Positions 14,204 through 24,539 of a DNA stretch of 64,000 nt are shown in pieces. The translations under genes were made by a program, and so were the position numbers. The notes beneath the pieces are model-generated. The model did not search any database. It saw only the letters and a list, made by a program, of their open reading frames with translations, and was not told the origin of the DNA. Position 1 is the first letter of the stretch. Each line of letters starts with the position of its first letter. Source of the DNA: Oculina patagonica (lineage: Eukaryota); NCBI RefSeq assembly GCF_052425735.1, contig NC_135759.1:30938001-31002000 (forward strand). Reading direction: 5' to 3'.

Positions 14204-14457
14204 TTACAGCTCGTTTTTACATGACTTTGCAAACAAGGCATCACTTACAAGTTTAACCCCAATCTTTTCTACAAATTCTGCGTATTGTTTAATGGTCGGC
14301 GAGTTGCAGCTCTTTTCGTCGGATGTTTTCGTGTAGCATGCAAACCACTGGATCGCATCTCCACAAATGCGTTGGTTTTTTTTCGCCAAGTCTATGAACT
14401 TTTGACTGCATATGACATGAACTTGGGCAGCACACGAGATGAAGGGGTCTCCTTGGT
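14204..14457 (-). CDS. Gene A terminal exon (second six-Cys module plus KNEL)
   Basis: Long polypyrimidine acceptor cctttttcttttgtttttaAG. In frame with ORF 14204..14389. Confidence 0.88.
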
Positions 14458-16590
14458 CTTAAAAACAAAAGAAAAAGGAATATTTTAAACAAACACTCCT
14501 CTTTGTCGTTATATTTATTTAGCCTTGGTTTATATTAGAATTTCACATTTTTGTGTCCAATTTTCATTTTATTTTGTGCAACACCCAAAACAATTCACAC
14601 GCATAGTCCGATATGTTAGACAGGCAACACATTTTCGATCACGACTCCAGTCTTGAAAGAAATCCTCCACATTAAAAGATAATCTTCAGAGATAGTAAGT
14701 TTTTTTCCTTCTTTTGATTCCCACTGACGCGCCAAGTCAAATCTGGTCAATCCACTCCCTCAACTGTGAAATAAATTTCCTTTACTTGAAAAATAAGCGA
14801 ACAGAGGATTGCAGTAAAGGGACCAGTGATTTTTAAATACTGTACATTCATGCCTTTGTTAATTCACTGTCAGTTTCTAACTACCCTTCCATTGTCTCAT
14901 CATGATTGCAAATTTCTTACCATAGTCTTCTACCAATACGTACTCATCGGCAACATCTGTGTATAAAAATTTGATCTAAATTAGAAGACTGATATTGTAA
15001 TGAGTTTATGGCTGAAACGTATTGCCTATAAAGCCTTCCCGGCATGGACAAATTTACTACCCCCGGGGGGGGGAGGGATTCGCATATGAAAGTGACGGGG
15101 ATGCTCGTCGTCTCGCTTAGGGGTGTAAATTTCGGATTTTTGGTCTCGCTTAGGGTGTTCCGGGAAAAACGCCCAAAACGCCAATATTTTAGCCATAATG
15201 GTCTCGTTTAGGGTTACACACGAAGAAATATACAAATATAAACTCCATTCTTAGTTTTTTGGTATCTTTTAGGGGTCAAGAAAAGCTTGAGCCACACCCA
15301 GATTGGTCTCTTTTAGGGGTTCTTTTCAAAATTTCCGACGAGCATCCCCGTCCGTTTCATGTGGGAGTCCCCCCCCTCCCCGGGTTTACTACCAAGGCTG
15401 GAATTGTATCCATTGATAAAACTCCAGTGTCAGTGTCAGTATTTCTTTTACTGCCTGCTTGTTAAAGCAGGAGGATATAGCCTTGCAGTTGCAAAACCAA
15501 AGATCAGGGATTCAATCTCCCTGCCGAAGTGAACACTCAGGCAATCAAATAAGAACTATGGTGATGCTTTTGCTGTAACATGTGAAAAAGGTTGAGATGT
15601 CACGTGGATTAGATGACCACTTAGCTTTGAAATGGTGGTCCCATCACCAATATGGAGTCCTCAATCTTTTAAAAGGAGCAACAGTGCAAATACACCTTTC
15701 ACCCAGTGTATCAACCATGCAAATTTACTTGCACCTGAAAACGACCTCATGTACTACTAACGTGAAAGGACAGGTAAAATAATGCCGACAACTGGCCATC
15801 TAAAGATGACGCCGACAACTGTAATGATGGTCTAAATCATAGTAACTTCTAGAATACTGCACGACAATAGCATTGTGCATTGTACTTACCTGTGTTTTCG
15901 ATGGAATCCTTCAGGCTTTTGAAGTCCACTTGTGGGCAGATGTTTAGCTTGGCTTCTAGCATTGCTACTTGCAAAATCCAGAAGCGGAAACGGTTTATTG
16001 ATTCCCCTTTGCAAGAAGGATCCTTAGCAAAGCACGATACAACATCCTGTGATTCAATAAGAAGTTCGCAGTAAGTTCCCAAGAAGACCAAGAGACAGAA
16101 CTTAATTTATTTACTCTGTATTTGCGGTAGAGCGTCTTGTTTTCATGAGAATAATCTATATCCCATAGAGGTGGAACATGAAAGTCATTTTTGGAGGGTA
16201 GAAGTTGTGGTGGAAGGGAGAGGGGGGAAAGGGTGAATAAAACGACAGGGAAAGATGAGAAAAAGCAACAAAACTCATACGGGTCAAAGATAAGCAAAAA
16301 CCGATCACCTTGCTCCTTCATGCAAAGCTAAATTTACATCAGCGTGTGGACGAAATAACACACATAGAACAAACTAACGAAAACCTTAGTCTTTGTAATT
16401 TTACTTTATTTACCTGAAGCCGTGAGCAATGTTGTTCAGGGCTTGGTTTGCGTTTGAGAAGTGCTTTGTACTGAGAAATACATCCCTGAAGCAATTGGGT
16501 TTCGCCGCATTTCTTCGCTCCTCCGGCAGAAAACAAACTGAACGAGACAACAACCAGTAAAAGCACGCCAGTTGACCTCGCTATATTCAT
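14204..16590 (-). CDS. Gene A: secretory-pathway Cys-rich protein, about 207 aa, with two six-Cys modules and C-terminal KNEL. complement(join(14204..14457,14921..14956,15890..16046,16414..16590))
   Basis: Hand-spliced; all introns GT-AG with phases 0,1,1 and an open frame throughout: MNIARSTGVLLLVVVSFSLFSAGGAKKCGETQLLQGCISQYKALLKRKPSPEQHCSRLQ / DVVSCFAKDPSCKGESINRFRFWILQVAMLEAKLNICPQVDFKSLKDSIENT / DVADEYVLVEDY / DQGDPFISCAAQVHVICSQKFIDLAKKNQRICGDAIQWFACYTKTSDEKSCNSPTIKQYAEFVEKIGVKLVSDALFAKSCKNEL*. Exon structure and Cys pattern match gene B. AATAAA at 14138-14143 (-). Confidence 0.88.
14921..14956 (-). CDS. Gene A 36-nt microexon (phase 1-1 linker)
   Basis: tttttatacacAG|...TATG|GTAAGA, in frame. 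Gene B has a 39-nt microexon at the same position. Confidence 0.7.
15061..15384. mobile_element. MITE with 8-bp TSD (hAT- or P-like) in gene A intron 2
   Basis: CCCGGGG...CCCCGGG termini; subterminal inverted ACGGGGATGCTCGTCG / CGACGAGCATCCCCGT; TTTACTAC duplicated at 15053-15060 and 15385-15392. Confidence 0.88.
15890..16046 (-). CDS. Gene A coding exon 2
   Basis: Acceptor aatcacAG|GAT; donor ACAG|GTAAGT. DVVSCF...ICP aligns with gene B DVVHCF...MCP. Confidence 0.88.
16414..16590 (-). CDS. Gene A coding exon 1 (signal peptide plus first three Cys)
   Basis: ATG at 16590 in ATCATGA context; donor CAG|GTAAAT. An upstream acceptor ttttctccacAG begins the exon at 16691. Confidence 0.88.
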
Positions 16591-18082
16591 GATGGCTCTC
16601 TTGGTAAACTGTGGGAATACAAAAGGACAAATTAATGCTAGACAATCTTGTAACCCGTTCACTCAACCCCGATGACTTGGAATTCATTGACCTGTGGAGA
16701 AAATATGTAGGAGAACAGCTAGGTTAATTGTCCAAGACTTACCATTCAGCAATTTCGTGTATTAGACGAGGTTGAGTTCTAAACTACAAACACGATAATT
16801 TGCAAAAAGAAGTTTTTTCATTCGGGCAGTGAGGTTGTATTTACATATTTTATTAAATAACAGCAATTTTTGTATTAATGTTTGTACAGCGGGATACACT
16901 GTATAAAATACTGCGCACTTTACTAATATTATATGTACATCAGCAAACCATTATTTGTGGAAAGCAGGGTTGTTGAAGGTGACATGGTGGCCTTTCAACC
17001 AATTAAGGTGGCCCGAACCTATTTATTTACGCGATGATTGCATTTTTGAATCGCGCTTTTTGGAAAGAAAAATTTCACCGATTTCTTCGAACTTTTGCGT
17101 CCTGAGTGAAAAATGTTCGAATTTACGGAAAATGGAATTCGATATTTTCAAAATCTAGTTTTTACCAAAAATGTCCATTATTTTAAAACTCGACGACAGA
17201 TTTCTCCTAAACTTTAGCAAATAAGCCTTAGAGCTCTCAAGTTTTCTATCAGGAAGTTTCATGACAATCCTGACCATGCAACTCGCTGCACAAAATACTG
17301 GTAAAATTTTTTCTTAAAATGCTACGCTAATGCATTCATGTCAACCGACGCACAAATAGCGGAACAGTGAAGCCAAACTATCGGTCATCTGCAAGGATAA
17401 TGATCCCCAAAACCTTATCAAAAAGAAAGTGAGTAATCAGAAACCTACAGCAAATACAGACAGCGCAACAAGAAACACAATTTTATGACAAAAACGTCAA
17501 TCGAATAAGATTAAAGCGTTTCGCCACTCAGCTGTCAAGCCACTTATGACAACATTTCATGACCAAAACCCTCCTCTAATCACCCTTAAATTCTAAACTA
17601 CTTTAGCTAGTTGTAAACGAAGTTCTGTTATTGGCTTAAAATGTATCCCAATACGTTCTTAACTATCAGAGCAAACGTTCTGTATTTAGCTGATGAGATG
17701 CTGAACAAAACGGCAATCGAGAATCCCCAGTCATAGAAACTGCTCCATCGCATCACGAACATATAACATGGATCTGCTTTGAGCACAGATATCGATCCAG
17801 GACATAAGAATACAGGAATTCAACACCAAGTGAAAGATAATTTATCCAATTCTCTTAAAGGGCTATATCACTGTGAGTATTTTTTGTAATATATAAAATC
17901 ATCTCATAATCAGAGGAAACCTTGGAATAATGGTTCACCAAGTTAGATAAACACCAAAGAAAAGATAACAATAAACTAAAAAAAAAGAAAGAAGGATGGC
18001 AGTGAATGAGAAAGATTGAGATGGACTGCGATTGACAAACTTAAAAATCAAGGCTAAATTTATCAAGATACGTCATGCGCTA

Positions 18083-18367
18083 TAGAGCGGTTTTCACTTG
18101 AGTGTCGAAAGTAATTCGCGTTCGCACTGGTTTGCATTACTACCACTAAGTGATTGGTTTAAAGCCCTCGCGCCACTTTATCAACCAATCAGAAGTAAAA
18201 CCAGAACCAATCATGACTCGCTCACGCACGTTTTCCCGCGCTTCGTGCTGGCTGCTTGTATTTGCTTTGAGTTTTGATTGGTTTACTAGATTGTCTGTGT
18301 TCTTTGTGATTGGCTAGAGTGATTACTTTGGTTTTGGTTTTACGACACTCATTTGAAAACTGCTTTA
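18083..18367. mobile_element. MITE rich in CCAATC/GATTGG motifs
   Basis: Imperfect TIR TAGAGCGGTTTTCACTTGAGTGTCG / CGACACTCATTTGAAAACTGCTTTA. Confidence 0.8.
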
Positions 18368-20010
18368 GGACCCGGAGAAAGGAGAAATTATATTTGATCA
18401 GTAATAACATATAAATAAAGGAACCTTTGTTTAAATACTGTCCCATTCATTAATGGCGGTAAAAGTGAACTACCGTTTATGAAATAATCAATATATGACA
18501 CGTCTTGTGTTTCCAAATTCCAACAACAACAAAAATTGATCGTAGGGAAAGAGCATAAATCTCTGATTAGCAGTTCATTTGTTGAAATAGTTTGATTATA
18601 TTATACCCAGGAAGGAGACTATACAACGGACCCAAACTTAACAAATAATCGTAATAAGGGCAGATTTCCTATCATGAAATTAAAATTAAAAATAATAATT
18701 TGCAAGCAAATAAAAGATTCATTTTAATGTCCAGCGTGGGCGAATTGTTTAAAAGCTTTGTACCCAGTATTCAGTGCTTTGTTTCCTTCAAAAAGAGTGA
18801 ATTAAACCGATTTCCGTGACCCATAAAGCCATAATGCTGTCGTAACACAACTGGACGTTGAGAAAAACGAGAGAAATTCCTTTCAGTCTATGGAAATAAG
18901 GAAATAAAGTTGTCTTTTCGAAAGAAATAAAATAATAAGCACCTGAGTCCTACGCAGTCCTATGACACCATTCTAGTGTTATGGCAACACTACGTGAAAT
19001 CTAAGAAAACGTTTCTTGCAAGTAGAAAACAAGAAAGTTTTTGATATACGAACACACACTAATTGTATTTTGGGATTATATCTTGCAAAAATTGTTGTTG
19101 GTTAGCTATTGTGCCGTGGTTTGGCTATTGTTTACACTGACTATTGAATCGTTTGTTCACAATCCGCAAAATTTCTTTTTCTCTTAGTGAGACGGAAACA
19201 TCTTGGAACTGAGTAAAATTTTATTTCATGCTGCCGTTTTTTTTTTAAAGTCAGCTGTGCCTACTGCATTAAAATATTGTCCAGGTCATTCATTTTGGAC
19301 TTTTGGTTCTCTAAAGGCTTGTTCTCTTTTATTATGTTTACAAACGAACTTAGAGCTGAGCCCAGAACCAACAAATTTATAACATGCCATTTCCCAAAGC
19401 CTAATGGCGCTATATACCTGTCTCTTGCAGCCCTTGAAGAATGGAAAAAATATTACATCACAATCCGTTTCAAATGATGCTTGCCACACACAACTGAGAT
19501 TGTCAGTACAAAACGTGTGTTGGTTGCCCCCGGATCAGAAGATATATCTCGAGAACGTGAGCCACTGCACTGCTTAACAAACAACTAGTCCTGGTCTAAC
19601 ATAACTAAGAAATCCATCTTTAAAATTTTCAATTTATCAAGTCTGCAGCCACACAAATCATGAATCGCAAAAAAACGCCACCTATCTGTTACTTTTCTTA
19701 AAAAGATTCTCTCACTGCATCGCTTAATTCAGGGTCTCTGAAGAACTGAGTTGCCGAAACCATATTGACCACTATGGTTCTTTCTCGGCGGCACGAAGAC
19801 AATACAACTTAAACGTTATTGAGACTATTATAGGCGTTCCAGGACAAAGAAGTAACAAAATGTACCTTGCGCTTGGCTAGATTAAAGTAAAGCATATGGT
19901 CAACTGTACCTTACGTCGAAACTAAACTGTCCCAGTTGCAAAAAGTTCGTTCTTCTGCTTGAGAACTGCAAAATCCCGATCACAAAGGTAGCGCATTCAC
20001 TTAAGGAAAT

Positions 20011-20020
20011 CTTTTATATA
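20011..20020 (-). promoter_or_regulatory. Candidate TATA box (TATATAAAAG) for gene A, ahead of a putative non-coding first exon ending near 19910-19915
   Basis: Consensus TATA followed about 100 nt later by GTAAGGTACAG donor-like sites. Gene A coding exon 1 is preceded by a clear acceptor, so an upstream exon is expected. Confidence 0.35.
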
Positions 20021-21681
20021 CACATTAGTGATAATGTGAAAGAGAGCAGCTGCATTGAATAAACATGATTATTAAATATTTTGAGCTTCCGTTTTAGTAA
20101 ATAAACGAGGCAAAACGTGGTTGTTAAATTGTTTCTTTTTAGGCAGTTTCTGCCGGTAAACTAATTCTGGCGGATGCAGCAAGTTGGCAGCGTTAAGTTA
20201 ATACATTAAGTCCCCGGATAATTAAAAAAACCCGATCCCATCTCTCGATGAAGTGCTAGAGCACTGACGACTTTTTTGCGATGTTAATTTATGCATTTGT
20301 TTGGTCAGAGGTGTAAAAATGCTCAATTTCGAGAAAAGAAACGGTTAATTAACGTGTTTTCTTCAACGGAGGAAGAAAAGAAAGTTGCCATTTTGTTCTA
20401 TAAAGTTTCGTCTAAAAGGGAAATTGTCTTTTATATAACATTTTGAATGGAAACACGAATAAATTAGCTAAATATCCTAATTTGTTCTAATTTCTTAATA
20501 TTCAACAGGCCTCGAGACTAATTGAACTTGACATTACATCGCTACCAAAGAAAAACACAAATTACGAATCCGGCAAATTTGATACAGAACATCCAAACAT
20601 CTTGGCACGCATGCAATCCACAGAAAGCCTTTCTCCCTTGATGGTAAAACCTGACATTTATATTTCGGCGGAGGTAATTTGCTGTCTTCACTTGGTCTCT
20701 CATCTTTATCTTTCAGCTGCAGTATTTTCCTGTTTTCCTTTTTGATACCCTCGAATATCCATCAGAACCGCATTGCGTCAAATACGCCTTATTGCCGACA
20801 TGGAACTAGGATCTTCCTCTTTCCATGTATATAGGGCCATGAATGGCCGATCAACGTTACGGTGAAATTATGTTCTGTATGTTTGATTTCACATATTTGG
20901 CAGAAACAGTTTTCTGTCACTTTTCTCTCTGGTCGCTGAAAAGGCCTAAAAAAGTTACTGTTCGTTTGCTTTTTGGTAATTTCAGGTTGTCCATATTCTT
21001 TGATATATGTCAACAGCATATATGCACTTGTTAGCTCGGGTCTCTCAGAGTCAACTTCAATTTGAAGTTTCTTTCCACTAAAATGCCTGAAATTCTTATC
21101 AGCCATTTTGGCTAGTGAAAGTCCAAAACCTACTTGCCTAAACTGCATTTCTACTAGCGTGTGGCTAGTTAGCTACCGTTAGTCTCGAGCCCTAAATTAT
21201 CGCAATTTGCAGTTAATTAACTTTATCGCGAGTTTTCCTAAGTTTAGGGAAAGCTCCTAGAACATCAAAGCAAATGCATATTCCAAAAAAGGCTGGTCGT
21301 CAAATGAGATCAGAACAAGAGGACAAAAATGTTAGATTGTTCATTAGGTTCCAAAGCTGAAAAGGATAACGAGTCTACAGACTTTCGTTCTGACTTGATG
21401 AAGAAGTCTACGATTAGGTTACTATGGCTACGACATTGAGCCATACCAATCTGTCTAACACAGACCAGATGAGACAACATCCACAGAAATGTTTTGTTTT
21501 GGTTAACAAAGAAGAAGGACGCAAATATTGACGTATATCAGCCAGTTAATATGGATAATAAGTGATCCTATTATCTAACAGGAAACACGAGTCTTGCCTC
21601 CATTTTATAGGAAAACAATGGAGAAACAAAACCAAATACTGGACCCACGTAATAATACTGAAGAACGCCCAAGATAAACAT

Positions 21682-21970
21682 ATGGAAGAATCGGTAGTTT
21701 AATATCTAGCGTGTTGAACTCCGGATCGAAAAGTCCGGGTTCCAAAGCTGGGCGGTTCAATATGTGTTGCGTTCTTGACTCTCCACCCGACAGTACAAAT
21801 GGGTATACAGGCCAAACGGTTGCGAAAACCTGACAGAATGCCGGGGGGCAAACCTGCCAACCTTTCTAGGGACATTAGCAGTGTTCCTATCCCGGACACT
21901 CGTAACATGAAGCGACTGCCCCTGCATTCGTGGGCCAGTATATGCTCATGCATATGAAGGCTTTAACTTT
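21682..21970 (+). mobile_element. Decayed copy of the same SINE family
   Basis: Collinear blocks ACTCCGGATCGA..GTCCGGGTTC, CTCTCCACCC..GTACAAATGG, AACCTGC, TGGGCCA. Confidence 0.6.
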
Positions 21971-21975
21971 GTTAA

Positions 21976-22197
21976 GGGATGGACCATTATTTTTTGGAGG
22001 GGGAGGGAGAAGATCAAATTCCAAGACAAACAATTTTTTCAGTGTCGTTGTCTGTGCAAACAATTCTTGCCGGCTTCATCTTCCTGCAGACAATGTTTTT
22101 TGATGTCTGCAAACAATCTATTTGAGCTTTGTTGCTTTTGCAAACGATTTTGTTTCAGGATTTTTGATGCCCCCTTCAAAAAAAGGGGGTCCGTCCC
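21976..22197. mobile_element. MITE of the same TIR family as 31104-31329, TAA TSD
   Basis: GGGATGGACCATTATT ... GGTCCGTCCC with TAA flanks. Confidence 0.8.
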
Positions 22198-22409
22198 TAA
22201 ACAAGTTGTGTTGAGTATTGTAAGCAGTTGATCCTGTCGCTTTGGAAACATGTCCCACAGTTTAATGAAGCATGTGAAAAAACTAAGTTTTTAACATACA
22301 TTTCTTGGCTGAGCCGGCTGATTCAACAAGGGAGTCGAGAGTGACGGTCTTTCAGCTTTTCTAGTTCTTTCTTCCTTAGCTTGCTTACACAACCAATATC
22401 ACATTTCAT

Positions 22410-22880
22410 TTAGAGCGGTCTTTGATTGACTGTCGAAAATAGTCATGTGTCGGTCTTTGTTTGACTGTCAAAATTAGTCATGTGTTTGCCTTAGAAACCT
22501 GCTCTGGCAAATCAGAGAACCAAAAAAGCTGCCTTTAATTGCGACCAATCTGGAGCACTGTAGGGTTAAGCAATCGTACCTTCTTGGCGTTGAACGATTT
22601 TCCTCGCTTGGCACTGGTGCCATGCTTTGCCGTTGCGTTTAGATTGGTCAATTGAGTAATTGTTGTAATAGACGAATTGGGCTCACGTGTTTACATCTTT
22701 GTTGCCACCCATACATCCCCTCCCATGCACTCAGTTGCGTGTGACAAAGTGCACAATTGTAACTCCCCATAGAATCACCACGCTGTCTGAATTGGGTGGC
22801 AACAACTATGTAAACACGTTAATTTAATCCGTATATTGTGATTTGCTTTATAGGTTGGTTTGTTTTTGGTTTTATGTCTG
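22410..22880. mobile_element. Decayed copy of the 18.1-kb MITE family, with a second small inverted-repeat element (about 22667-22838) nested in it
   Basis: Starts TAGAGCGGTCTTTGATTGACTGTCGAAA. Nested ACGTGTTTACAT..GTTGCCACCCA / TGGGTGGCAAC..ATGTAAACACGT. Host-like TTTTGGTTTTA resumes afterwards. Confidence 0.55.
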
Positions 22881-22991
22881 CATGCCATTATCCTGCAATT
22901 GTGCCCTAAAACTAGGATAAAGGAGAACGGGAAGAAAAGAGGCCTCACAAAGGAAAGGAGAACCTGATCGATATTCTTTTCAATATGACGT

Positions 22992-23204
22992 AGCCTTCAC
23001 CCCAAAAAACTAATGGCCAAATCGTGTTGGTGTGTGAACGACGCAACAACAGCAAAGAAGTTGGCCAACTGTTGGCGATAAAAAGAACTTGTCTCTACTC
23101 TCGCCAACGTGATTACCAATCGTTTTTGTGTCGTTCCCACACACCAACTTAAGTTTGCCAACACGAGTTTCCCAACTCGAGTTTGTCCTGTGAAGGCCGC
23201 TTTA
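22992..23204. mobile_element. Probable decayed MITE
   Basis: GCCTTCAC / GTGAAGGC termini; internal CCAAC repeats. Confidence 0.45.
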
Positions 23205-24318
23205 TAGGATCCCTCTCGACCAGTATGCGTGGCACACATAGAGGCTATTGGCTGTCGTCTTGTGGAGGTGCCATGTACTAAAAATATTCAAAGGTTTTTC
23301 GTGCTTACTGTCCAAACGTAGTGTCGGATCAATCTCAGGAAATTTCTAACGCGTGGCTCCCACGTTGCCTAATATACGATACGGTTTCCCAAATAAATAG
23401 CAAAGGGCTTCAATCAAATTCTTACCTTTAGGGATTCAAACATGTAACTGTCTTTTGGAAGTTGTAAACCATATTTTTAAATATTCTGAACAAGGTTTTT
23501 AAACTTTTTTTTTTGTGTCCTTGATAACTTCTCTTGGGACAAGTTGTTAGTGCCAAATTTCCGGCAACAGCTTTTTTCTTCCTCATAGCCGCACCATTTA
23601 ATAGATTGATCTGCTTACAGGTGGAACACCGTATTGTGAAATGTTGTTTAAACGTAACAACAGCAATTAACCCAAATAACACTGAAGCGAGGGATTTACT
23701 GAATCCGTTCATTATCAGGAGGCAACATAACAAAACATAACTTTAAATGCAATACATGGTGTTCACAGTTTTAAGGAAATCCATTTTGACACAATGACGA
23801 AATATCTGAACGGTCAGTTTCAGATGAGAACACGACACATAACTTACGGGGATCAAACAAACTTGCGTTTCCATGCGTACACTTATGTCCGTCCAGGATT
23901 GAACGCAAGTATTGTTTAATGAGTACTTTATGTTTGACTGTGTTATTTGACATTGTAACAGATTTTGGTGTGTTTTGGTTTGTGATGCCTGGCATAAGAA
24001 ACGTGCATCTCATTAGCGTTCAATGCTGGACATATCTGATAAGCTTGTACGGCCACTCTGTAAATCCCATGTTTAAATAAGCGTGATCTGTGTACATATT
24101 AATCAGGTTTGGAAGCTGTGAACGCACGTTACACGCTTCAATCCTTACGGTTTCTTGCTGCTATGCAAACTCCTTAAGAGCGACCCTTTATTATACAGAA
24201 ATAGCAGTAACACAGGCATATATACGCCCAAGCTTTCACATTTATTTAGCTTCAAGAAAACGTTGACAAATCTAATTTGGCTGAACGATCAGCATGTCAC
24301 AACAAACGATCCACACGA

Positions 24319-24539
24319 TTAGGACTCGCAGTCAGCTACTAGATTGTTTACCACTTCGCCAACGAACTTGGCATAGCGAACTATGGCCGATTGTTGGTCA
24401 CAGACGCTGTTATTGTAGCATTCCAGCCAATCCCTGCCATCATCGCAGATGCGGCGGTTAGCCTTGACTGCGTCAACAAACATTGAGTTGCAACTGAGGT
24501 GAAGAGTTTTTGCACACTTCTTGTCGACTTCAGACATGC
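24319..24539 (-). CDS. Gene B terminal exon (second six-Cys module)
   Basis: tatttattAG acceptor; in frame with ORF 24319..24537. N.RIC.D...W..CY and YA.FV are shared with gene A. Confidence 0.9.
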
